From Isurus oxyrinchus (Eukaryota), in the NCBI GenBank assembly GCA_026770705.1, contig JANJGN010000024.1, forward strand, positions 35,216,295-35,280,000: a stretch of 63,706 bases of DNA, written 5' to 3'. A program made the position numbers and the translations under genes. The notes beneath the pieces were generated by a model. It made no database searches. It was not told where the DNA came from and saw nothing but the letters and a program-made list of their open reading frames with translations. Positions 49,356 to 61,837 of this stretch are shown in pieces (the first letter of the stretch is position 1; each line of letters begins with the position of its first letter).

Positions 49356-50027
49356 GGTGGAATTTTCCATTCCAGGAATAAGTCCTGTGGCAGGGGCAGG
49401 GACGGGAAGTGTTTCCCGCCATGGGAATTCGTGCCATGTCATGTGACATCGGCCTCATTAACTATGCAGTGGGGTGGGTGGGTGGGGTGGGGTGGGTTTC
49501 CTGACGTTGTGACAGGACAGGATGGATGGCTCATGCCCTGAGTACCGTCTTAAAAGATGCCGGGGCATTATTGAGGATATAAGATGGACTTCCCGAAGAT
49601 AGCAGGTGGACCTCCGGGTAGACTCAGAAGCTGGAAGGTCCACCTGACAGATGCTCCCCCTGACCCACTGCTGCGCGTTACAATGTCCACGACCCCTGGA
49701 GGCCTCCACCCTGATCTCTGCAGGCTGCCCCAGGCCTTCTTCAGCTAAGTCCAGATATCTCCACGCCACGTTGGTGCAGATGTGGGAAGGGTGTGGGTGA
49801 TTCCAGTCTTCTGCACCCCATTAACAGGATACAATTCGATTTCACGTCAGCCCCTGGGGTGGGGGGTCGGGGGGTGGGGTGCTGCAGGAGTGCAAAAATT
49901 TTGTCAACATTTAATGCCAGCGGGAAACCGATTGTTCAGCTCCTAGGGCACTCTTTCCCCCTCTTCCAACACCCCCCTTCCCCAATCACCTTAAACATGC
50001 TGCGGGTGGGACTGGAAAATTCCGGCC
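49356..50027. mobile_element. Harbinger-type MITE
   Basis: Termini GGTGGAATTTTCCA and TGGAAAATTCCGGCC. Confidence 0.55.
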
Positions 50028-50345
50028 ATAATCATGTTATGTTCAAAGTACATTTTGCTGCTCTTTCTTAAATGAACCTCCTTATTAACTGCAGGGATCT
50101 GTTGGTGCCTAATCAGAGTATCCAAAGAAGCATGGAAATGTTTACCAACTGCCTACGTGTTGCACTTCAGTAAGTAGATAATCTCTTGGTCATTATGACT
50201 ATCCCTAGTTTGTTTTACAATCACTACCGCTTGGATCTTGCAAATCCTTGAACCTGGGCTTACAGATGAACCCGCATATTTTCCTTAGCTCTGTGGCTAG
50301 CTCTAACACAGCTGAATCAGAAGTTAAAATCCTACTCCCGAGACA

Positions 50346-50955
50346 TGGGCCTGAATTTTTCAGGTGGCCGGCGGGCTTGGCGGGAGTGGCCGCGGAGTCA
50401 ATCGGCTCCGCGCCGCCATTTTACGCGGACGGGCCAATTAAAGCCCGCCCAGCCTAAGACGCGAGCCATAGCGCTCGGCGCTACCTGAGCGGGCGGCGGG
50501 TGGGGTGGGGGGAGGAGAGTGAGTCGGGGGCCAGCAAGGAGCTGCCTCAGGGAGATTGAACCACCATTCAAATTATTAACTACATGGGTTAAAAATTTAT
50601 TCAAACATGTCCCCTCATGTGACATGAGATGGGGCATGTTTTTATAGTTAGGAAAAAAATTTTCATTTTATTAATAAAAGCTTTAGGAAACCTGATCCCG
50701 CTCGTGGATGAGGTTTCCTAAGAAACGTGAAGGCCGCTTGGCGGACAGCGTTAACAATTAGATTAATCACTACCTTAATGGCCTTAATAGGCCGTTTAAA
50801 TATCGGCGAGCGCGCGGCCAACTCTGGCGCGTGCCCGCCGCGCGAAACATCGCGAGGCAGCGCAATACCGGGACACACGCCCAACATCGTCCCGCGACAC
50901 TTTACACGTCAGTGTGTCGGGCCCCTCCCTGCACGCCAACTGAAAAATCCTGCCC
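50346..50955. mobile_element. Harbinger-type MITE (~610 bp, CpG-rich, relatively young)
   Basis: TIRs GGGCCTGAATTTTTCAG and CTGAAAAATCCTGCC(C), flanked by CAT on both sides; homologous to 20816-21376. Confidence 0.8.
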
Positions 50956-51089
50956 ATGAGCACATAACCTACGTTGACACCTCAGTGCAGTGCTGTACTG
51001 TTGGATGCGCCATCCTTCGGATGAGACGTTAACCCGAGGCCCAGCTGCTCTCACACATGCACGAAGAAGATACCCAAAGCACAGCAGAA

Positions 51090-51540
51090 TCATAACAGCG
51101 GAGCAGAGGCCATTCAGCCCATCAAGTCTTAGCCAGCTCTCTGTAACCTTGAAAATTTCTCATCTTCAAGTGTTTATCCAATTCCCTTTTGAAAGTCACA
51201 AATGAATCTTTCTCCACTGCCCTCTCATGCATAACCATTCTGTACATTTAAAAAACAAATCCTTATGCGTCCTTTGGCTTTCTTTGCCCATCACCTTGAA
51301 TCTGTGTCCTCTGGTTCTTGACCCGTCCACCAATTTTCTCTCACCCTCCATTGTTGAATAATGCATTTGCAACCCTCCAATCCACTGTGACCATTGCACA
51401 ATATATAAGGAATTTTGGAACATCGCAATCACTAAACCCACACTCTCTGCAGTTACCTCTTTCAAAACCCCAGGTTGTAGGCCATTAGTACCAAAGGACT
51501 TATCGGTTTTCAATCCCATTAACATCTCCAGTACTTTTTA
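51090..51540 (-). mobile_element. CR1 fragments
   Basis: Minus strand LKTDKSFGTNGLQPGVLKEV and SRTRGHRFKV motifs. Confidence 0.65.
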
Positions 51541-51872
51541 TGAACTAATATTAAACACTTTAAGCTCCTCACTTTTCAAGTCTTGGCTCCTCATTATTTC
51601 TGGTCTAGTGTCTCTTAATATGCACTCATTGTGCTTGTTTCAGATAAACAAAATAAGTGACAGCCATTTGCTGACTCATTCCTCAGGGCGATGCCTTGAT
51701 AATCAGGGTCAAGCTGCCTGGTTTAAATTTCAAACAATATTGGCAGTCATCATCACTGGGGCATTCTCCATGGCATCGCCTCTACCAATCAGAGTCCACT
51801 TGCTAACCAATCAGCACTCTCTTCACATAGATTATAATTTCTTTTTCTTCTAATACTGGTTATCTTGCGAAA

Positions 51873-51906
51873 TGTCCTGATGAATGCAAGATGAAAAGCT
51901 TTGACA
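51873..51906 (+). ncRNA. Minimal type I hammerhead ribozyme (third family)
   Basis: TGTC-CTGATGA-AT-GCAAG-AT-GAAA-AGCT-TT-GACA: stem I TGTC/GACA, canonical core, 2-bp stem II, AAGCTT palindromic stem III. Preceded by two CCAATCAG boxes. Confidence 0.65.
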
Positions 51907-53309
51907 CGTCTCTCCTTTCGGCAGTAAACATTTATTCCTTAAAAGATGCAAATGGTCACTGACTCATACAAGGCCTTTTGCTCCAGCACTGTCTCTGGAA
52001 CGACATTGTAACAAACTTCCCTGCTCACTCTCTTCATAACAAGTGGCCCTTACGGGAAAGTGCATGCTCATGGACACTGGGTGGGAACAAGAGGACTGTT
52101 CCTGGTTGTAGTACCCTCAACATGGCAGAACCGCTTGCTAATAGTCAATATCTAGCATCATGGAGCACTTGAGCAAGATTAGAGGCAGACAGCACCTGTA
52201 CAAAAGTATAGAATGAGAGTCTAGAGCAAAAGAGGGAAGTAAATTTAGGATTGGAACAACTTCCCTCCTTGCCTAGCACCACCGTTCAACCCCCCTCCCC
52301 CAACCCCCTTCAATCCCCACAACATCTCCCCGAATTTTGCACTATATTTGTAGGTGGTGGCTTCAGTTAACTGTTACTTTACAATAGCACAGCTAAGGTC
52401 AGGAGTCAGTGACATTGTGTATGGGTTGGTGGGGGGTATAGAGGCAAGGTCTGCCTTGGAACACCTCAACCTTCTTACTCTTCGTTTTGAAAGGGCAGAC
52501 TGTTTACAGTGGGTAAAGGTTCAAATAAGATATTTCACCTCTGTTTCTTTTTAATAGGGCATCAGACCAGCAGGACAAAGAAGTGGGAAATTCTAATAAC
52601 CATCACGCAGAATTCTGCACGCTGGTGCTAATTCAGTCCATTAGGTACATTTCTCATAATATACACACTCAGCTGGCTATGTAGCCTCTCTGTGCACCCT
52701 GTTGACTCATTTCTGGTAACAGGATGTGAGGCTGGTTTGAGTTCTTCCTGCTTTATGATGACATGTTAATTACTTTGCAGGAGAGCACTAACTATTTTAC
52801 TTTTTCAGTTTTTATTTCTTGACTTTGGTGAGCGTGTAATAGCTCACAGTTAGCTTCAAGAGTTAGTGTTGTCAGTTCATTCACTCATATCATTCTCCTC
52901 ACCTCCCTGTCAGATGAATTCTGTGACCTTCTCATAACTGCTCTACCAGGGCATTACTTTTTAATTTTGTTCTGGAGATCTGTGGATGTCAGATATTAAA
53001 GTTCAATTTTATCTGCTGGATGCATGTATAGAATTTTTATTTAAAAGCAGTTACAAGGACACTGACTTACAAAGACACTGACTTAAGATGGCTGCCAGAG
53101 GTCACCTGACCTGTCTGCAACTACAAGTTGGTCAAGCTTCTGGAAGCTTCCACCGTGGATTATAAATGGATTGACTAAGACAACCTTCCAGTGGAATTTC
53201 TCTCCTGCTAATACCAATGATTGTTTCAAGGATGGGCTGAAACCTAAAATGACAGCCACAATTTACATCACAATGCAGCTACATTTCATTTCCTCAGGCT
53301 GGAGACAGA

Positions 53310-54634
53310 GGGCAGAATTTTCTGTGCCTGCCGGCATCAGGTCTCATGGCGAGCGCGAGCGGACAATATGGCAGGGTGGTCAAAAATCAGTTTCACGACC
53401 TTGTAAAACCAGTTTGCAATGATCCACTTGCCTGTCAATGCTGGGCTGTCATTCCCACTGCCGCACATCTGGAAATCTTCATTGTAATATGTCTGCATAT
53501 CATTATAAGCCCAGCTCACCAGAACCACGCCCCACGCTGGATCATCTGAACACGTTGGCATGATTGTACCCCGACATCTTTCACAGCTGTACATAAGCAA
53601 CGTGCACTCAGTGGGCTGCACTTGGCTCGGAACTTCAAGGTTTGTTTGCCTACCTGGCTTCGAGCAGCATTCGCAGTCATCAGTGCCAGACAGTGTCACC
53701 TCACTTTTAGGGGGGTTCACAGGCAGGTCCTTAGCTACCAGAGCAGCTGTAAGGCAGAGGGGTGGTTCTTAAATGACTGCAGGGCTAGGGCTTGCTTGGG
53801 GAATAAGTGACCTTGGGGGATAAGTGGCCTCAGGCAAGGGAAGAGGCTGCAGGGCGAGGGCTGTACTGGGGATAGGGGGTTATACGAGGGCGTGTGTGTG
53901 TGTGTGTCTGGGGGTGGGGCGGGGGGGGTGGGGGGGGGGGGTGGGGGGGGGGCACGTGTTGATCTGTGCAAGTGGCCTCAAGATGGTGAGGGCTGAGGAG
54001 ACAGTCTCCAGAGGAGATGAGGCCAGATGGAGATTTGAGGGGGTGTGTGAGGGAGTGAGTGGTGATGTCCCTTGAGCTGGCAGTGAGTGAGATGCCAGTG
54101 AATATGTGATGTGCTTGAGTGTGTGAGTTTAGAGTGATGAGATGGTTTCCTTACAGCGGCAGTATGGAGCAGATCATTCATTCTCTTTCGGCACTGGATG
54201 GCCAACCTCTTCTGTGCAGCATTAGCACTGACCACCACTGCCACCGCCTTCAAAGCCAGAGTGGTGAGATTGCTGGACCTCCTGAGGCCAGAGCTGGGGT
54301 GAAGGACATCATGACAAGCCTCCAAAAGACATTCCAGTAATGGGTCACTGAACTCTGCTTGGCTTTTGGGGCCATGACTTCACTAGAGCAAGGATTGAAA
54401 ACTGGGTGCGCGGCTGCAGTTTAGATATGGCACCCAGAGTGCGGAAACAGTGAGTTAACGTCATGGCGGGCGACTCCGTGGCCGTCCACCAGCGAGACGG
54501 CATGTTTCCTGTGGCTCCATGACTAATGTGGCGGGATTGGGACAATATAGCATGAAAAGCTGCTGTTGCGGCCGGTGGGTGAAACGTCCCGTCTCCCGCC
54601 CGCTACCGCACATTGTGCGAATCTGATTCCCCCC
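53310..54634 (-). mobile_element. Harbinger deletion derivative with Myb/SANT-like remnant
   Basis: Starts GGGCAGAATTTTC, ends GATTCCCCCC, AGA on both flanks. The minus ORF 53978-54325 has AVAVVVSA...KRLAIQCRKRMNDL (trihelix Myb/SANT signature) followed by a GTAAG donor. Confidence 0.65.
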
Positions 54635-55529
54635 AGAGAGCCTACAGGGACAAAGGCTACCTTACAGATGTTGATATTTTTTCCTAGCTCATCAAATGGA
54701 AGAATGGGCTATTCAGAAGTGACTGTCTGGACCTTAAAAAAATTAATTATCTTGTCCAAAACACGGTGGCCAAGATCTGTTCGGACATGAGCTAATAAAG
54801 TACCTTCTGTGGAAAATACCATTGTCATGGAAAGAGAGGTCATGTGATCGAAATCACCCTTTTGAAATTCCTTCAATTAGGACTCTGTTTGCTTTGCAGC
54901 AGTCTACAGAAATAACATCTAGAAAGCAGAAGTACCATCAGAAAGCTGCTTGCCCCTTCTCTCTCAGTTACATTTCAACACTGTGAGCAGCAGACAGGGA
55001 AATTCTGAAGAAGACTTTGATTACCTTGGTACAATTCCAGGAAAGAAGAAACAACAGCTACGGCTTTAAGCTTCACCTCAGCCGAAAACCAAAGCTTTTG
55101 GATTATTACGGACAGACCAGCCATCCACCTACAACCAACAAACTCTTTAAATCTTTGTCTTTTACAATTGAATCTTAATTTGGCCAAAAGTTGACCTCCT
55201 TTATTTCATAGGTTGTATTTTTTTGTGCATGCGCATGCATGCAACAGTGTGTTTACCTTTTAATTTTTTAAAATATTTTTACCTTAGTGGGTTTTTACCA
55301 CAATAAAAATTAACCCTTTACATGTTGAAAGTCAAGAAAGTCCAAGTGAGTTCTTTGCAATCAGAATGTAAGCAGCTAAGTGCATACACTGAATTGGCAT
55401 ATTCATACTTTACTTTTAAACTTCAAAAGCCCTGTTATGATCAACCGAGAAGTGGGAAAAAGAGAGGGAGTCCTTCCACCTTTCCGCACCTGGTGGTAGT
55501 ATCTTGGACTATCATTCAGTCGGCCAGTT

Positions 55530-56900
55530 AGCTTGACGTCTGTCATGGGGAATCAATCATTAAGGAGGTTATAGCTGGGCACTTCGTAGTGCTCAAGACA
55601 ATCGGGAAGAGTCAGCATGGTTTTGTGAAAGGAAAATCATGTTTAACCAAATCATATTTATTGGAGTTTTTTGAAGGAGTAATATGTGCAGTGGATAAAG
55701 GGGAGCCTGTAGATGTACTGCAATTAGATTTCCAGAAGGCATTTAATAAGGTGCTACATCAAAGATTATTAGGGAAAACAAAAGCACATTATTTAGTGGG
55801 TAACATATTAGCATGAATACAAGATCGGCTGGCTGGGAGAAAGCAAAGAGATGCATAAATGGATCTTTTTTGAATTGACAGGATGTGACGAGTGGAGTCC
55901 CACAGAGGTCTGTGCTGGGGCCTCCACTTATTACAATTATGTAAATTGGTGTACAATGACTTAGATGAGGGGAGCGAAGACATGGTAGCTAAATTTGCAG
56001 GTGACACAAAGATAGGTAGGAAAATATGTTGTGAGGAGAACATGAGGAGGTTGCAGATGGATATAGATAGGTTGAGTGAGTGGGCAAAGATCTAAATGGA
56101 GCTTAATGTGGGAAAATGTGAAGTTGTTCACTTTGGCAGGAAGAGCAAAAAAGCAGAGTATTACTTAAATGGAGAACAGCTTCATAACTCTGAGATGCAG
56201 AAGGATCTAGGTGTTCTAGTACATGAGTCACAAAAAGTTAGTATGCAGGTATAGCAAGCAATTAATGGAATGCTATACTTTATTATGAGAGGGATTGATC
56301 ATAAAAGTAAGAATATTATGCTTCAGTTATACAGGGCATTGGTGAGCCCACACCTTGAACATTGTCTGCAGTTTTGGTCTCTTTATTTAAGGAAGGATGT
56401 AAATGCATTGGAGGCGGATCAGAGGAGGTTTACTAGATTGAAACCTGGAATGAGTGGGTTGTCTTATGAGGAAAGGTTGGACAGACTGGGCTTGTTTCCA
56501 CTGGAGTTCAGAAGAATGAGGGGTGATTTGATTGAAGTATACAAGATCCTGAATGGCTTTGACAAGGTGGACGTCAAAAGGATGTTTCCTGTTGTGGGTG
56601 AGTCCAGAACTAGGGGGCAGTGTTTTAAAATTATGGGCCACTCTTTTAGGACGGAGATGAGGAGAATTTTTTTCTCTGATGGTTGTGTGACTTTAAAACT
56701 CTGCCTCAGAAGGCAATGGAAGTGGGGCCATTGAATATTTTTAAGGCAAAGGTAGGTATTGGCAGGGGAATCAAAGGTTATCAGGGTTAGGTGAGAATGT
56801 GGAAATCGAAACACAGATCAGCCATGTTCTCATTGAATGGCGGAGCAGGCTCAAGAGGCCGGACAGTCTACTCTTGTTCCTATTTCTTATGTTCATATGC
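55530..56900 (+). mobile_element. CR1 LINE 3' portion (RT + C-terminus + 3' tail), decayed
   Basis: QHGFVKGKSCLT, LDFQKAFNKV, KFAGDTK (FADD), LYRALVSPHLEHCLQFWS, SRTRG; tail CCTATTTCTTATGTTCATATG. Confidence 0.92.
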
Positions 56901-57789
56901 CCTTAGTAAGAAAACAGAATGGAGCAAATCATTTTTCAAATCAGCAAATCAAAAAGCAAATATATAGGAGATTTTTATTGGTGACCAGGGCCCAGGGTGC
57001 ACAGGACCCAGATTGAAGAGGGTTCAGAGTGAACAGAGCCCAGAGTGGAGAGGGCCCAGAGTGCATCATACTGAGGGGAATTTGCCCTTATTTTAGTGGG
57101 CTCAGTGGATGCATAGTAAGAGGAAGAAAAGAGGATATGTTGTGATTGGCAGGTCATGTGGACTGTTCCATTTGCCTCTTGTCCAGACTATACATCATAG
57201 CTTCCTTTGTGCTGTTGTTATTTAGACCCATAGTGAGCACGCTCAGGCTCTCGTAATTACACACCCCACTCCTGATACCATGTTCCAAGTGGTGGATCAA
57301 ATGGCTTCTGCTCTCAAGCCTTTATACACCAAGGATGACATCAGAAGTGACATGATTATGACAAGCCTCTGGTAAGCCACAGTGCACAACAGCACTTTTC
57401 CAAACAGGTAGTATCCCTGCCTCGGAGCCAGAAGCCGTAGGTTCATTAATGGCTAAGAAAGGTGCGTTCATAATGCAGCTAAACAGTTTGATTATCAACC
57501 TACAAACATTTCCAACACTCGCCACTGGCAGGTGGTAAGAATGGGGGAGATTCCTGGTCAGCCATGTGATGGATAGGATGTCGGAGCCCCTAACATCACT
57601 ATCCATAGCTCCAGACTACAACATCTATGTAAAAGTCAATGCCAATTTTCAGCCCTGCTCTATAAACCTTGGCTCTTCAGCAGGGCTTCTTTGTTTGTCA
57701 ATGTTTCAAAGGATCTTTCTAGGTTGAGACCTGTCAAACTGCAATATTCAATAACTCAATCAATATTCAATAACTCAACTTAAGTCAAA

Positions 57790-58305
57790 AATCGATAAGC
57801 AGAATACTGTAAATGCTGTAAGTCTGAAATAAGAACAGAAAATGTTTGAAGTAATGGACTGAGGACAGAAATGTCAGAAATGCCTATTGCGTTGTTCCAG
57901 TGAAGCTCAACATCAGCCTGAGGAACAGCACCTCATCTTTCAGTTAGGATCCTTTACAGCCTCCTGGGCTCAACATTGAGTTCAACAATTTTTGACTATA
58001 ATCTCTGCTCCATTTTGTTTGCTTTGCTTTTTTGTTTTTTCTCTTATTTTTTGCTTTTGATCAGCAGCACACATGCTGTTTTGTTTCTTTTCTTGTCCCA
58101 TCACCATTCTCTTTGGCCCTGGAGGACTAACTCTTCTCCTGCCTTCTACCCTATTCATAGACTTTTGTCCTTCTCCCACCCGCCCCTTGCTCAAAACCTC
58201 CTTTCCCAGTTCTGATGGAAGGTCACAGGCCTGAACTATTAACTCTTTTTCTGTCCACAGATGATGCCATAATCTGCTAAGTATTTCCAGCATTTTCTGT
58301 TTCTG
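57790..58305 (+). mobile_element. Penelope-like 3' fragment (second family) with degenerate hammerhead and short inverted tail
   Basis: EEQHLIFQLGSLQPPGLNIEFNNF* near 57920-57995; AGTTCTGATGGAAGGTCACAGGCCTGAACTATTAACT near 58208-58244. Confidence 0.75.
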
Positions 58306-58340
58306 ATACTCAAATCAATTCCTGGGTTTGTGTTGGTAAA

Positions 58341-58470
58341 AAAAGACATTTTTTTATCAAAGCTTTTCAAATTACACTCATCAAGACAACCGCAAGTGTA
58401 CCAATGTAAAGCTAATGAATTGTGCTGATGAGCTCAAGATGAAAAGCTTCAACAGAATGTCTTTTTTCAG
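58341..58470. mobile_element. Inverted pair of third-family hammerhead-bearing terminal fragments
   Basis: Plus strand CTGATGAGCTCAAGATGAAAAGCTTCAAC (58425-58453); minus strand GTCTTGATGAGTGTAATTTGAAAAGCTTTGAT near 58356-58387. Both resemble 51873-51906. Confidence 0.6.
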
Positions 58471-60661
58471 CAATACACAAGTTCTGCACAACCAAACAAC
58501 TACTTTGGTTTGTCTTGTGTGCAATCCTCCATTGTCACCACTCATGTATTTTCTACTAATATTCCCTCTAGACAGCTCACGCCCATGTTTCAGAATTTAA
58601 TAGATATCTTTTCTGTTTCTTTAAGATTGGTGCAGCTGTGTCGTCACACTAACCAGGAAGACTACAGAGCTCACTTTGTGCAAGTCCTCCAAAGAACTAT
58701 AAGGTAACTGGTGGAAATCATTCGCAATGCATTCCTACCCACTTCCCATATGCACTGCTGGGCAACAATAACTAGGAGAACAATTTATGTGAGTTAAAAG
58801 GCATGTGATGGTTCGTTCACTGGAGGTGACTGCTGCTGAGGACTTAGATGAGGATGGGACAGCAAGCAGGAGAATGCTAATGCATACTGAGATGTTGGGT
58901 GCACTGACTGATCTACCAGGCAGGGTCCTGTCACTGTCGAGGAGCATGGTGTATTCCAGTTTCACTTGGCAGAGGGCGTGTTGTGAGCTTTTTGAGCCTC
59001 TCTTTGCCTCTGTTCCATCTCCTAGAAGCACTGCCACTATTATCGCCATACCAGTTGCAGTTTTTGGGTGCGAGGCTCACTTGTTCCTCTGCTGCCCCAG
59101 CCTCGTGCAGGCAAATGTAGGACCAAAACACCTAAAAAAAACCACTCCAGTCACTTTGTAATAGAAAAAGTTCTAAGCATTTAATCTGCCAACAATCAGG
59201 GTGTCTGGCCCTTTAAATAGTACTACTGCAGGTGCTACCATGTTTTTTTTCTGATTGATTTTATATTTCCTTCCACCACCTTGTTTAAATGTTTCATAAC
59301 TTCCCTATTTTTTTATTTTTTTGCAAGTACATTTCCTGTTCTGATGTAGCCCATAGTTACCGTCCTGGTCCTGTCTGCCCCAGAACTGGTGATATTGCTC
59401 CACAAATCAGAAAGCCTCCCACTCCTGACACCATACATCATGAGGCATTAAGTTCACTAATCTTCTGATCCTAACCTATTCTAGCACATGGCTGGGGCGT
59501 AATCTGGAGATGACACCCTTGAAGTACTGATCCTAAACCTGCTACTATTATTTCATTGATGATATGGTCAAGCTAATGGCCTGTTCCTTTACAACTGATC
59601 AATTTGATTTCCCTGCTCTACTCTCTTTGTACTTTCTGTATAATGTCTGGATGATAACCTGGTCATGTATACATATGTAAAGTTAGAATTTGATTTCATC
59701 TCGTATGGTCTGGGCTTGTGTTTTTGTTATAAATGGCTTGTGGAATTTTGTACTCCAACTAGAAATAACGAAAGGGTTAAAGTTCATTCACAGAAAGCTT
59801 TATGGTATACAGAGTATAAGTTAGCGGTCTGAGCTATTTAGTTTCTGCTGAGCAGTATGCGTAAATTATGCCTATGACCACATTATGAATCAAGACAGCT
59901 GGATAGGAAGTGAAACTGTAGGCCTGTTAGGAGTAGGACTTTAAGGGGTGGAAATTGCTAAATTATTTATAAAAGACGTGCAAGTGTAGGGAAGGATCAG
60001 AAGTTTGGGGGCTGAATGCTTCATGATGTCAGAAAGGGGATTTCCAGTTTACGAGGCACTGTTACCAGTTCTGGGAAAGACAGGAACTGAACAACAGGTA
60101 TTGTAAACAAGTTGGTTTCTGGTATTTTGAAGAAATTCTCACATTCCTGGAGATCTTGATCACAATAACACTTTCCCTGTCATAATAAATTATTCAGGAG
60201 AGCAAGTGTGAGAAATGGACTATAAGGATGTTGTTCTTTCCGTGATAATTGATGGAGTTGGGGTCATGGAAGTTTCTGCCCAGGAATCAAATGGGATAAT
60301 TAATAACTAATTTCTCCATATATCTATGGCTCAGAAATTGCTTTTCTGAAGGACAGAGTAAAAGGATTACATTGCATTCATTTTTGTTTTGTCAAATTCA
60401 CATTGTCTTTTTGCAGTATTAGAAGACACGTTCACCCCTGTTGCAACGTGAGCAACTCTGCTTCCTGCTCATTTCTCCTAAGCTGCTTCCAGAACCTGTT
60501 GCGGCCCAAATGCAATTCCCCTTTAAGACGTGCAGACTGGCCTTAAGTAGCTCAGGTTAGCTTTGAATGGTATTAGCTTTGCACAATCTTAAGCACCGCC
60601 CCCCCCCCCCCCGCCACTCCCCTGCTGAGGAGTACAATCATTCATCAGCATATTTAAAACT

Positions 60662-61728
60662 AGGGGCAGAATTGTCCCAGAAACCGGCAAAGTCCGATAT
60701 CGAGTAGGGAAATTGGTGCGTGACCTGCTGATGACAATTGTGGCTTTCTCTGTCGTATCATTCTGCAGCCCTAGAGCACTCATTCGAGTTTGAAGTGTGA
60801 TCATGAGGGGTCAACAGTAGATGGACTATCATTGGTACTGTCAGGAATTGTTGCTTAAGTACCGCTTGAGTGGGCACAATTGCTTAACTAGTTTGACTCA
60901 CGTCAATTAAGCTCAAGCTTAATGCTCTCAGCTGCAGAAGAATGCTCATCATTGGCATGTTTTGGCACTTGTCCAGCTGTTTTCTTCCTCCGCCCCCACC
61001 CCCCCGTTGCAGCATGTGCTTGTGTTCAGATTTCAGTCTGTGCTGCCATTGACCTCCCCTTGCATTGTCACCCTTGCCCTGGCACCACAAGCCAGCTATA
61101 AAGAAGCCGTTGTGGAGCTGCTTCATTGCATTGGGATCATCGCAAGCGCTGGGCAAAGTTGTGTGCATTCCCCTCCGAGATCCCCTCGAAATTCAGGTCA
61201 CCAGGCGCATGACGTTTAAAGGTAGTTGTAAATCATGTCGACGTGGGCTTTAAATATGAGGTGGTGATGGGGGTGGGGTGTTGTTGGGCGGGGGGGGGGG
61301 GGGGAGGGGGGGGGGGGTGGTGGAGGTGGTGTTGGGGGTGATTCCGGCATGTGGCCACAATAACGAGATGCAAAGGCATGCAAATTAAGTATCCAATGTT
61401 CGATGGCGGGAAATGTGCCCCGTCATTGGCTGGGCAGAGGGGTCAATCGCAGGAAATGTGCCCCATCATTGGCTGGGCAGAGGGGTCAATCGCAGGAAAT
61501 ATGGCCCGTCATTGGCTGGGCAGAGGGGTCAATCGCAGGAAATGTGCCCTGTCATTGGCTGGGCAGAGGGGTCAATCGCAGGAAATGTGGCCCGTCATTG
61601 GCTGGGCAGAGGGGTCAATCGCTTCCTCAATTCACGACGCCGGGAAACGCACCTCGGGCCTTCTCGCGAGGTTCTCCGTTCTCCTCACTGAACACGCCCG
61701 TCACGATTGAATGCGGAAAATCACGGCC
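60662..61728. mobile_element. Harbinger-type MITE carrying a minisatellite
   Basis: Left CTAGGGGCAGAATTGTCC and right GGAAAATCACGGCCTAG. Confidence 0.45.
61409..61622. repeat. 43-bp minisatellite, 5 copies
   Basis: Unit GGAAATGTGCCCCGTCATTGGCTGGGCAGAGGGGTCAATCGCA; the AAAT register falls at 61411, 61454, 61497, 61540 and 61583. Confidence 0.95.
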
Positions 61729-61837
61729 TAGGCTGCATGCAGCTATCGTGTAAATGAGCAGGGAGCACAAACTCCACGTGCTGCTCACATCAGAATGGGC
61801 TGTCCAATTTTACCACTGACATTTTTGCAACAACACC

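Noticed and set aside
57742-57779. Short tandem duplication CAATATTCAATAACTCAA x2 (similar one near 53058-53087)
   Set aside because: Ordinary slippage-scale duplications with no sign of function.
58735-59161. Host protein-coding ORFs of 104-118 aa
   Set aside because: No supportable domain or splice context; more likely a transposon-derived remnant.
59700-60300. Possible decayed env/glycoprotein-like frame
   Set aside because: Stop-codon density looks close to random expectation and I see no diagnostic motif.
61409-61622. CRISPR-like array
   Set aside because: Units are contiguous 43-bp repeats with near-identical intervening sequence and no unique spacers; no cas genes; eukaryotic context.
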